Made by a program: the position numbers and the translations under genes. Positions 6,117 through 14,792 of a stretch of 24,871 nt of DNA are shown in pieces; positions within the stretch are counted from its first letter, which is position 1, and every line of letters begins with the position of its first letter. Source of the DNA: an uncultured bacterium (lineage in GTDB: Bacteria; Cyanobacteriota; Vampirovibrionia; Gastranaerophilales; Gastranaerophilaceae); assembly GCA_946183815.1 (NCBI GenBank), contig CAMHDG010000001.1, positions 1 to 24,871 of the forward strand, read 5' to 3'. The notes below the pieces were generated by a model. That model saw only the letters and a list, made by a program, of their open reading frames with translations, did not search any database and had not been told where the DNA came from.

Positions 6117-8189
6117 ATGAAAAAGCAAGTTATAGCATACGTTCATTCACATTGGGATAGAGAGTGGTACAGAGAGTTTGAAATCTTTAGAATGAGGTTA
6201 TTGAGGGTATTTGATAATATTCTTGATATGCTTGAAAAAAACAGGCTCCCATCTTTTTATTTTGACGGTCAAGTAGTTGCTCTGCTTGATTATCTTGAAA
6301 TAAGACCTGAAAAAGAAGATCAAGTCAGAAAATTTATAAAAGAAAAAAAGTTATTCATAGGTCCTTTTTATTGCTTGGCTGACGAGTTTTTGACTGATGA
6401 TAAATGCTTCAGAAAAAATTTAGAGATAGGTTTAAAAATCTCAAAAGATTTTGGGTGTGAAGATTTTACGGCATATTTTGCAGATACATTCGGACACAGT
6501 ACGGGGACACTTGCAATACTTAAAGAATATGGAATAGACAGTGCTATGGTTTGGCGGGGTTGCGGTGATATTCCATCAGAGTTTAGTTGGTGCGGGGTTA
6601 ATACTATAAATTTAGTAAGAGGGTATTTCAATGATGTATTTTCTGCCCCTTGGGATATTGATAAAAAAACAGAGTTTTTGAAAGATAACCTTGATAAAAT
6701 CGCAAAAAAATCAGGTGACGTTTTATTATTACCGATAGGGGCTGATCATTTAGGTGTTGAAACTGACCTTACAGAACAAATTTCTCAAATAAATGAACAT
6801 CTTGAAGATTACGAGATTAAAATCGGAACAATTTTTGAATATATAAAAAAAGTAAAAGACCGTTTTTCCAAATATAAAACAAATACAGAATTGCGTGATA
6901 ATTCAAACACCTTTATTTTAGAGGGGTGCTATTCTTCAAGAACAGATATTAAGCGATATAACATAACAGCAATCCACAGGCTTAATTTAGCAGAATCTCT
7001 CGCTAAATATTATGAAAAAAGTAATTATTTCCCCTTGCTAGAATATGCTTATAAATTACTTTTACAAAATCAGGCACACGATAGTATTTGTGGATGTTCG
7101 ACAGATGATGTTCACAGTGAGAATATTACAAGATATAAAAAGATTTTACAAATAGCAGACACTATTATTGATGAACTCTCATTAAATGGGAAAGAAGATA
7201 AGATAATAAATCTTTCTGACAAAGAATACAGCGGAGTTATTGAATTTGACTCAACAAAAAAACATCCTTATCAGGTAATAAAAACAAAAAGAGGGTTTGA
7301 TAAAAAACTCCTGACGGATACCCAAAGAATACCTGTAACAGAAGATTATACGGATATTTATACCTATGCCGTTCATGTTGATAATCTAAAATCAGGTGAA
7401 AACGATTTAAAACCGACTGAATACGAAAACGATGTATTTATAACCGATAATTGTATTGGAAACTCAAATATATATCTTCTTATTGAAAACAATAATATAA
7501 CAATCGGGGATAAAACGGCAAGATTTGTTGATTATCAGGATAACGGCGACAGTTATAACACAGGTTATGTTCAAGGGGATAAAGGAATAGTCGGAAAAAT
7601 ATTATCCACAAAAATACTAAAAGAAGGCGATGTCCGTTCTACTTTAGGTGTTGAGGTCGATGTTAACGGCGATATTCTTAAAGTTGAGATAAGTCTTGAT
7701 AAATATTCCAAACACCTTGATTTCAATATTGAATGGGAAAACACTCACAAAAATCATTTATCAGAATTTATTATTGATACTTCAAAGCCAATAGAAAAGA
7801 CATTTTCAGAAGATTTTGGAAACATAATAGAGCGTGAGTTTGACCCTGATTATGATGTAAGAGAGCACTTACCGAAAGAAAAAGGGATTGAGGTAAAATC
7901 AAACAATGCTCCTATGCAAAGAGGGGTCTGCACAAATGGGATAGGAATAGTGACAAAAGGGTTAACCCAGTATGAGATATACAAAACAGAATTAAGATTA
8001 CCTATCTTGCGAGCAACAGGGGTAATCTCAAACCCTAAAAACCCCGCACGTTCAACACCGGCAGGACCTCCGATTGAGGTTAATAATCTTCAACAATTAG
8101 GAGAAAATCGGGTTGAATACAGTATATTTCTGGGGAACGATTTAAGAGAACAAATAGATAATATATTCCATAAATGTATTGTTATTTAG
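6117..8189 (+). CDS. Glycoside hydrolase family 38 alpha-mannosidase (MngB-like)
   Basis: HSHWDREWY Zn-binding motif, FYFDGQ, IGPFYCLADEF, YFADTFGH nucleophile, LLQNQAHDSICGCSTDDVH, RLPILRATG; start moved to ATG 6117 (GAGGG RBS). Confidence 0.93.
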   Translation: MKKQVIAYVHSHWDREWYREFEIFRMRLLRVFDNILDMLEKNRLPSFYFDGQVVALLDYLEIRPEKEDQVRKFIKEKKLFIGPFYCLADEFLTDDKCFRKNLEIGLKISKDFGCEDFTAYFADTFGHSTGTLAILKEYGIDSAMVWRGCGDIPSEFSWCGVNTINLVRGYFNDVFSAPWDIDKKTEFLKDNLDKIAKKSGDVLLLPIGADHLGVETDLTEQISQINEHLEDYEIKIGTIFEYIKKVKDRFSKYKTNTELRDNSNTFILEGCYSSRTDIKRYNITAIHRLNLAESLAKYYEKSNYFPLLEYAYKLLLQNQAHDSICGCSTDDVHSENITRYKKILQIADTIIDELSLNGKEDKIINLSDKEYSGVIEFDSTKKHPYQVIKTKRGFDKKLLTDTQRIPVTEDYTDIYTYAVHVDNLKSGENDLKPTEYENDVFITDNCIGNSNIYLLIENNNITIGDKTARFVDYQDNGDSYNTGYVQGDKGIVGKILSTKILKEGDVRSTLGVEVDVNGDILKVEISLDKYSKHLDFNIEWENTHKNHLSEFIIDTSKPIEKTFSEDFGNIIEREFDPDYDVREHLPKEKGIEVKSNNAPMQRGVCTNGIGIVTKGLTQYEIYKTELRLPILRATGVISNPKNPARSTPAGPPIEVNNLQQLGENRVEYSIFLGNDLREQIDNIFHKCIVI

Positions 8190-9312
8190 AGATAAACACT
8201 TTATCCGTAAGTTTGTCAACAAGTTTTGTGTAGTCTTTTGAAACTCTTGTTATATCAGACGTTTTCAGAGCATATAAAAACAGTTCTGAACTCTCAGGCT
8301 TTCCTTCTGTGAAGGTTTTGGAATTGGCTACATCAATTCTTGATGGAACTATAAGCCCGCCTTTTGTCATTTTGTCAATATTTTTTGAATTAGATAAAAA
8401 CAATACGAATTTTATTGCTTTATCTTTATGTTTAGAAGATTTAGAAACAGCCCACCCTGAAGAATCAACTGATGCTTTTGATTTTGGGAAATTTACAACA
8501 TCCCAGTCAAAATTTGCACATTCTCTGTATTTAGGAACAAGCCAGCGACCGGAAATATGCATCGCTATTTTACCCTCTAAAAACATTTGTGCCTGAGTCT
8601 TACTCCCTGTCTGTGCAGGGGTTGGGGCTACATGGTATTTATACACTAAACCTTTATACAAATTTAAACCTTTTAAAGAAGAAGCGTTTTCCCCAATATA
8701 ACTCTCTTTATTGTCCAATATGCCCCCGCCTAAATAATGCATAAACGGCAGAGCATAGTATATTTTAGGTTCATAACTCAAACCCCAGTGAGATTTAGAG
8801 GTTAAAGAAACTGATTTTGCAATCATATCTTCTAGTGTCCAGTTTTTTTCAGGGAAATCTACCCCGCACTTATAAAAAATATTCTTATTATAATAAACAA
8901 CAAGGGTTGAACTATCCCTTGGAACAGAATACAACTTATTATCAACGCTCATGGAATTTAGTGCCTGATTAAAATAGTCTTTCTTATTTATAACATTATC
9001 CAAAGGTTCTAAAAATTTTGTATAAACAGGCAGGCTCAAATTATTTATTAATAACACGTCAGGTGCAAGATTTGAGGCAAAAAGCAGATGAAGTTTTTTC
9101 ATATAATCCTGCGGAATATGCATAACCTCAATTTTTATATCGGGGTTTTGTTTTTCAAAATCTTTGATTATAGGGTCAAGAATTTTCATCTCTGAGGCAG
9201 ATCCCCAAGTTGTAAATTTAAGTACAACCCGATTATCGTGTCTAAACCCACACCCGCAAAGGATAACACACAAGATACATGCCAGAAAAATATTTTTAAT
9301 ATTCTTAATCAT
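8182..9312 (-). CDS. ABC transporter sugar-binding lipoprotein (solute-binding family 1)
   Basis: Lipobox VILCGC; FEKQNPDIKIE, APDV, LYSVPRDSSTLVVYYNKNIF, FLEGKIAMHISGRW, WDVVNFP motifs. Confidence 0.92.
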   Translation of the reverse strand: MIKNIKNIFLACILCVILCGCGFRHDNRVVLKFTTWGSASEMKILDPIIKDFEKQNPDIKIEVMHIPQDYMKKLHLLFASNLAPDVLLINNLSLPVYTKFLEPLDNVINKKDYFNQALNSMSVDNKLYSVPRDSSTLVVYYNKNIFYKCGVDFPEKNWTLEDMIAKSVSLTSKSHWGLSYEPKIYYALPFMHYLGGGILDNKESYIGENASSLKGLNLYKGLVYKYHVAPTPAQTGSKTQAQMFLEGKIAMHISGRWLVPKYRECANFDWDVVNFPKSKASVDSSGWAVSKSSKHKDKAIKFVLFLSNSKNIDKMTKGGLIVPSRIDVANSKTFTEGKPESSELFLYALKTSDITRVSKDYTKLVDKLTDKVFISK

Positions 9313-11435
9313 TACAAGTCAAGAAGCCTATTCATAGATGTATCAGTAATTTCAACGACCATTTTGTTTTTACCTACTCTCACAAGGTAACGTGTTGAAT
9401 CTTTCAGTTTTTCTGTTTCTTTTAGTATAATTCTGCTATTAACAAGTTCGTCAAATTTCTTGATAACAAAATAATCATCCCCGATATGACCCACTAACGA
9501 TGAGAAATTATCGTAATTAACGAGGTACATTCCTTTATTGTCGTCAAGTTTTGCCTCTGTCAGCATAGTAAGTTCATCTTCTTGCTGTTGAGGCTCTTGA
9601 ACAGGCTCATCATCAAACCCGATAACAGAAGTATTTTCCTGAAGATTTTGGATTTCAGCAACACTTTCAGTAATATCGTCAACTGCCTGATTATATGCTA
9701 TATTATCAGTTTGCACTTCGTCATCCGTCATAAAGTCAAATATCTGATCGGCAGGTAATTCTTCAGGCAATCCGTCTGCATTATTCCTTGCCATTGTTTG
9801 CATAGTAAGTTCATCAAAGAAATCTTTGTCGTTTACACCTGAAAAATCAGCCAGACTACCATCAGGGTTGTACGGTTCATCATTGACTATTGCAGGTGGT
9901 GTAACAGGTGGCTCAGAAGGGCGAACTGTATCTTCCTGTTTTAATTCTTCCTTAATAACAGGCTCAGGGATTTCATTTGTAATTTCAGGTTCTATTACAG
10001 GCTCAACCACAGGTTCTATTACAGGCTCATCAACAGGTTCTACTGTCGGCGTTTCCTGTGAAAAATCGTGTTCAAAATCAGAATCAGAATAATCGTTATT
10101 AAATTCTGATGCCACTTGTTGTTGTGGTTGTTCAGATACAGGAATTATCGGTGTATCTATTTCTATTGGTTGATTAACTGATTGAGTGAATTTTTCGTAT
10201 TCTGCCTGATGTAATTGTTCTTCGTGGTAAGTTGGCAACGGCTCATCCACCTTATTTAACATCTCGTCAAAACTGCTATATACAGGCTGATTTGACGGTT
10301 CAGGACCAGGCTGTGGGCTGTTTTCAACCGTTGGCGCATAATCAGGTGCTTGTTCATCTTCTTTTCTAAACGATTTATCAATCTTTTTATTAATATTCTT
10401 ATCCAGAGTAAGAATAACCATTATCACTATAATAGGGAAAGTTATTGCTCCTGCAAGTAACAATAATTTCCACAAACTTAAACACCTGTATTCTTTTAAT
10501 ACAGATTTAATATTCTCAATAATCGGTTTGTTGCCTGTATTCACATCCTCAACAGGTTGGTTATTGAGATTTTGGTTTTTATCCAATTCCGCTTTTATAT
10601 TATCGTTAATTTCTTTATTAAGTAATGCATCGCCTGAATCAGAATTAAGTGAAGAATTTTGACCTGTTTTAACCTCTTGTTCAAGAACTTGGATAGGCTC
10701 TTTCTTTGGTGGAGGCGGTACTGCAACAGCAGGTTTAGATACTTTCTGCTGCGCTAATTTTTGGGCTTGAGCCTGCTGTTTTGCTCTCTGTTCCGCAAGT
10801 TTCTTTGCCTGTTCTTGTTTTTGTTTTGCAAGTGCTTGTCGTTTTGCCTTTGCCTCTGCTTGTTGTTTAGCCTTTGCATCAGCCTGTTGCTTTGCCTTTG
10901 CTTCTGCTTGTTGTTTTGCTTTTTGTTCTGCTAATTTTTTATCATTAGCACTTTGAGATTTGGTAACATTTGGTTTTACAGGGGCAGTGGTTGAAAGTTT
11001 TGTTGTAGTTGTTGTATTAAGATTTGCAGGTTTAACCCCTTTCATCTGTTGAGTGCGTGGAACAACATTAATCGCCTTTTCGGAGGTAATAATAATTTTT
11101 GTATAACCTTTCCCGCCTGATACCTCTTGAGTATTAACAGATACATTTGAAATTGTACCTGAACCGTTTGTTACGGTTGGGGAAGCCTTGAGTGAACTCT
11201 TTGTTTCAGGCATGAGGATAACATATTTATTATTTGCCTTTTTGTTAACAACGACAGGCTCGGTATATGGTCTGTCAGTGTAAATAGTGACTTTTACAGC
11301 ATTCCCTGCCTCTTTATTTACCCGCACATCCACAACATTGTTTTTGTATGCTTCCCCATAGCATACAAAATTTGCACTAATAAGCGTTGCCATCAGCAAA
11401 GCCGATAATTTAATTTTATTGTTACCTTCACTCAT
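9312..11435 (-). CDS. Bitopic membrane protein, 707 aa: signal peptide, AMIN-like domain, TolA-like Ala/Lys/Gln repeats, TM helix, acidic linker, two FliO-like C-terminal modules
   Basis: Long ORF; N-terminal hydrophobic stretch; KAKQQAEA repeats; TM WKLLLLAGAITFPIIVIMVILTL (about aa 322-344); EPV(I/V) repeats; TAATG overlap with the next gene. Domain calls are inferred. Confidence 0.85.
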   Translation of the reverse strand: MSEGNNKIKLSALLMATLISANFVCYGEAYKNNVVDVRVNKEAGNAVKVTIYTDRPYTEPVVVNKKANNKYVILMPETKSSLKASPTVTNGSGTISNVSVNTQEVSGGKGYTKIIITSEKAINVVPRTQQMKGVKPANLNTTTTTKLSTTAPVKPNVTKSQSANDKKLAEQKAKQQAEAKAKQQADAKAKQQAEAKAKRQALAKQKQEQAKKLAEQRAKQQAQAQKLAQQKVSKPAVAVPPPPKKEPIQVLEQEVKTGQNSSLNSDSGDALLNKEINDNIKAELDKNQNLNNQPVEDVNTGNKPIIENIKSVLKEYRCLSLWKLLLLAGAITFPIIVIMVILTLDKNINKKIDKSFRKEDEQAPDYAPTVENSPQPGPEPSNQPVYSSFDEMLNKVDEPLPTYHEEQLHQAEYEKFTQSVNQPIEIDTPIIPVSEQPQQQVASEFNNDYSDSDFEHDFSQETPTVEPVDEPVIEPVVEPVIEPEITNEIPEPVIKEELKQEDTVRPSEPPVTPPAIVNDEPYNPDGSLADFSGVNDKDFFDELTMQTMARNNADGLPEELPADQIFDFMTDDEVQTDNIAYNQAVDDITESVAEIQNLQENTSVIGFDDEPVQEPQQQEDELTMLTEAKLDDNKGMYLVNYDNFSSLVGHIGDDYFVIKKFDELVNSRIILKETEKLKDSTRYLVRVGKNKMVVEITDTSMNRLLDL

Positions 11436-11738
11436 TCTTTCCTTATTTTATCACAGTTTGATTTTGTATACAATTGTAAACTTTTTAAATTGGCATGAAA
11501 TTCATCCATTTAAACTAGACTTTATATATGTGTATATAAGAGAGCAACAATTTTATTTATAAATAAGGAGAACAAAATGTTTAATACAGGCTAAAAATAC
11601 TGACGGCTACATTACTTGCGGGAGAACGAAATCAATAACGGAAACATAAGAGAACAGATTAGAGAAAGACTAGAAGAAAATAAAAGAGAAAAGAAAAGAT
11701 TAAATAAGAAGAAAAATACACAAAGAGGGCTTTATACA

Positions 11739-12026
11739 ATGAACGTATTATCAAGATACACATTTATTTCGAGTTTCAACGCAGAGAAACTAACAAAACA
11801 ACAATCCGAAGAAAACGGAATCAGCAACAAGGATTTTGCAGTATGCGATACAGATGGTGACGGAAATATTACTATTGATGAAATCCTTGCAAACCAAGAT
11901 ATATGTGACAAAATACTGAAAGCAATTCAGGCTAAAATTGATAAACTTACAGCAGAAGAGGCTGGAGTAAAAACTGAACAGGCAAAAGCAGAAAAAGAGC
12001 CTGAAAAATTCCAATTAGCAGCATAA
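11739..12026 (+). CDS. Small EF-hand protein (95 aa; start moved to MNVLSR)
   Basis: Canonical loop DTDGDGNITIDE (aa 37-48) with Phe at -4; AGAGGG RBS 9 nt before ATG 11739; C-terminal coiled coil ending FQLAA. Confidence 0.85.
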   Translation: MNVLSRYTFISSFNAEKLTKQQSEENGISNKDFAVCDTDGDGNITIDEILANQDICDKILKAIQAKIDKLTAEEAGVKTEQAKAEKEPEKFQLAA

Positions 12027-12097
12027 TTTTGTCATCTGACATAGATAATAACAATATGTCAACCAACAAAGTACACTAAATATTAACTATCATTTTC

Positions 12098-12128
12098 AAA
12101 ACACGAGGCAGTTTACCTCGTGTTTTTT
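12098..12128 (+). terminator. Intrinsic terminator after the EF-hand gene
   Basis: AAAACACGAGG-CAGTTTA-CCTCGTGTTTT plus TT. Confidence 0.85.
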
Positions 12129-12171
12129 AATAAAACTAAACTGTTATTTTAATCAATTATTGCAGTATTAG

Positions 12172-12180
12172 TGATATAAT
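12172..12180 (+). promoter_or_regulatory. Extended -10 promoter of DUF4127-mntP (probably leaderless)
   Basis: TG-A-TATAAT, then 6 nt (AAAATT), then ATG 12187; no Shine-Dalgarno. Confidence 0.6.
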
Positions 12181-12186
12181 AAAATT

Positions 12187-13548
12187 ATGAAATTATGTGT
12201 AATTCCGATAGATAACAGACCCGTTTGTTATAATTTGGTCAAAGAGATAACAAAAATAGATAATAGCATAGAACTTTATATCCCCCCTCGTAATTTATTA
12301 GGCGGACTAAAAAAAGACGCTGATATAGTAGGGTTATACAGTTGGTTAAATCAACTTCCAAAAGTGGATACAATAGTTATGTCAATGGATACTATTGCCT
12401 ATGGCGGACTAATTCCGTCAAGACGTTGCCCCGATTCTTTTGAAGATATTTATTCAAGAATACACGATTTTAAAGAAGTATTAGAAACAAAGAATGCTAA
12501 AATATATGCCGTATCAAGTATAATGCGTATATCAAACAACAACTGTAACGAAGAAGAAAAAGAATATTGGAGCAAATACGGAAAATATATTTTTGAATAC
12601 TCTTACACAAAACATCAGTACGCAAGCAGTTTAGGGCTGGAAAGTCCCGTTAAAAGACTAATTCCGCCAAATATACTTGCAGACTACAAAAGAACCAGAA
12701 TGAGAAATTTTAAGATTAATCAGGTTTATTTACAATGGAAAAAAGAAGGCTTTTTTGATACTCTTATTTTTTCAAAAGATGACTGTGCTGAATACGGCTT
12801 TAATGTAATGGAGGCAGAACATCTTACCCGAATGGGAGGAAAAGTTATTACAGGTGCTGATGAAATTCCATTGAGTTTAATATCTAAATCAATAGAATGT
12901 AATATGTCTGTAAAACCAATCTATACAGAACCTGATTATGTTCAATTAATATCTAATTACGAAGATGTTTCAATAAAAGAATGTGTAGAAAACCAACTGA
13001 AATTTGCAGGGATAGGGGTAATAACCGATGAAACTCCTGATATAACACTTTTGGTAAACAATTTTAAAAAAAATCAGGGCGAAATTGTTATGAAAGAGGA
13101 TACAGAACAATTTTCAGGCGAATACACTCCTCCTGAAACCCCGTACATGATAGCAGATGTCAGAAACGCAAACGGAGCGGATAACAATTTTGTTAACCAA
13201 CTTATTGAGAAGTTCAGATACAACGATTTTTACGGATATAGCGGATGGAATACAAGTGCAAACAGTTTAGGCAGTCTGATATGTTGTGCAAAAGTAAAAT
13301 TTAACGCACAAAAAAATGGCACATATAATGACACCGCTTTTAAAAAAGTGCAAATGATACGATTTTTAGATGACTGGGCTTATCAGGCAAACATAAGACA
13401 ACAAATAACCGAACCCTGCAATATTCAACCAATGATGAAACCATACGAAGATACAATATCGAAAATTTTAAACTTACCAATAAGAAATGAATATTTTTAT
13501 CCATGGAACAGACTGTTTGAAATAGAGGTAACCGATGAGTTATATTGA
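12187..13548 (+). CDS. DUF4127 family protein
   Basis: N-terminal IPIDNRPV, SMDTIAYGGLIPSR, SIMRIS, GADEIP, YSGWNTSANSLG, RFLDDWAYQANIR motifs typical of this family. Confidence 0.85.
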   Translation: MKLCVIPIDNRPVCYNLVKEITKIDNSIELYIPPRNLLGGLKKDADIVGLYSWLNQLPKVDTIVMSMDTIAYGGLIPSRRCPDSFEDIYSRIHDFKEVLETKNAKIYAVSSIMRISNNNCNEEEKEYWSKYGKYIFEYSYTKHQYASSLGLESPVKRLIPPNILADYKRTRMRNFKINQVYLQWKKEGFFDTLIFSKDDCAEYGFNVMEAEHLTRMGGKVITGADEIPLSLISKSIECNMSVKPIYTEPDYVQLISNYEDVSIKECVENQLKFAGIGVITDETPDITLLVNNFKKNQGEIVMKEDTEQFSGEYTPPETPYMIADVRNANGADNNFVNQLIEKFRYNDFYGYSGWNTSANSLGSLICCAKVKFNAQKNGTYNDTAFKKVQMIRFLDDWAYQANIRQQITEPCNIQPMMKPYEDTISKILNLPIRNEYFYPWNRLFEIEVTDELY

Positions 13549-14086
13549 TATAATTTTTTTGGCAATAGCCCTGTCTATTGATGCATGTGTAGTATCATTC
13601 TCTTATGGTCTGTGTATAGAAATGCGGCATAAACGCAATGCACTTGCACTTGCCCTGACTACAGGTTTCTTTCAGGGACTTATGTCTTTTTTGGGATATT
13701 TTTTCAGTAACAGTGTGAAATCAGTAATCTATCCGATAATTTACCCCTATGCAAAATGGATAGTCTTTATGATATTTATGTACTTAGGTTTAACCTTTAT
13801 CTACGAGGCAAGAAACAAAACAGAAATCCCAAAACTATGCTTAACCCTAAACGCCCTAATATTAGTTGGGATTGCAACAAGTATAGACGCTTTGTTTGCA
13901 GGGGTATCATTGTTTTTGACATCGAGTTCGGTAAAATTCTCCGTTATAGCAATAACCCTTATAACTTTTATTAATTCTTTGGGTGGATACTATTTAGGAC
14001 ACCGACTAAAAATATTCAAAGCAAATTATCTCGAAATACTTGGAGGACTAATTCTCGTTGGGCTTGCAATAAAAACCCTGCTATAA
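13535..14086 (+). CDS. mntP: Manganese efflux pump MntP family protein
   Basis: AIALSIDACVVSFSYG and IATSIDALFAG DA motifs, about six TM helices, terminal EILGGLILVGLAIK; GAGGT RBS. Confidence 0.9.
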   Translation: MSYIDIIFLAIALSIDACVVSFSYGLCIEMRHKRNALALALTTGFFQGLMSFLGYFFSNSVKSVIYPIIYPYAKWIVFMIFMYLGLTFIYEARNKTEIPKLCLTLNALILVGIATSIDALFAGVSLFLTSSSVKFSVIAITLITFINSLGGYYLGHRLKIFKANYLEILGGLILVGLAIKTLL

Positions 14087-14088
14087 TA

Positions 14089-14424
14089 TTATTTTTTGAA
14101 CCATACCTGAAAATTTTTTATTTCTTCTAAAAGATTATTATAGTCACCTCTAAAAGTAATGGCTCTGTCATCTATGTATAACAACGCAGGCTCTTTTATG
14201 TTTGTTACCTCTTTTATCAGTTCGTTCAAACCATTATCAACCAGCCACTTTGATGCAAGTTCTTTATCACGGGTTGTAAATAACTTTAACTCATAATTTT
14301 CTGACAAAGTTTCTAAAAACTCTTTAGCACCTTCTTTTACAGGTGGGATGACTTCTTCGTCATATTCCCCGCAATAAGTATTTAAAACCCCGTCTAAATC
14401 AATCATCACAGTTTTCTTAAACAT
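14089..14424 (-). CDS. Minimal (capless) HAD-superfamily phosphatase
   Basis: Motif I MIDLDGVL, motif II FTTR, motif III/IV K...YIDDRA; AGGA RBS. Confidence 0.85.
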   Translation of the reverse strand: MFKKTVMIDLDGVLNTYCGEYDEEVIPPVKEGAKEFLETLSENYELKLFTTRDKELASKWLVDNGLNELIKEVTNIKEPALLYIDDRAITFRGDYNNLLEEIKNFQVWFKK

Positions 14425-14452
14425 TATACAAATCCTATATTAGTAACATATT

Positions 14453-14472
14453 TAGGACTGTACGCAGTCCTA
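14453..14472. promoter_or_regulatory. Perfect palindrome, candidate operator of the adjacent XRE regulator
   Basis: TAGGACTG-TACG-CAGTCCTA between the divergent HAD and HTH genes. Confidence 0.55.
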
Positions 14473-14504
14473 GTTTATCATAATCTAGCATTAAAATAAA
14501 AGAT

Positions 14505-14792
14505 ATGCAACAAGAAAAAAATTCGCAAAATAAATTTGTTAACACATTAAAAGAAATAATATCTTCACGCAGAAACAAAATAAAAAAATCAATATATCTT
14601 GTATCTGCTGAATGTAATATTTCAAAATCAACATGGCGTGAATTAGAACTGGGTATGCGAAAAGATTTAACACTCACCACATTTTGTAAAATTGCAGAAG
14701 GTTTGGATATAGCACCACATGAACTATTAAAAGAATTAACAGATAAACTCGGGAAAAATTTTTCATTCACGGATATAACTAAAAAAGACTAG
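14505..14792 (+). CDS. XRE/Cro-C1 family helix-turn-helix regulator
   Basis: SIYLVSAECNISKSTWRELELG...DLTLTTFCKIAEGLDIAPHELL pattern. Confidence 0.88.
   Translation: MQQEKNSQNKFVNTLKEIISSRRNKIKKSIYLVSAECNISKSTWRELELGMRKDLTLTTFCKIAEGLDIAPHELLKELTDKLGKNFSFTDITKKD

Noticed and set aside
12030-12061. TGTCA/TGACA palindromes after the EF-hand gene
   Set aside because: Short arms located in a 3' UTR before the terminator; not distinguishable from chance.
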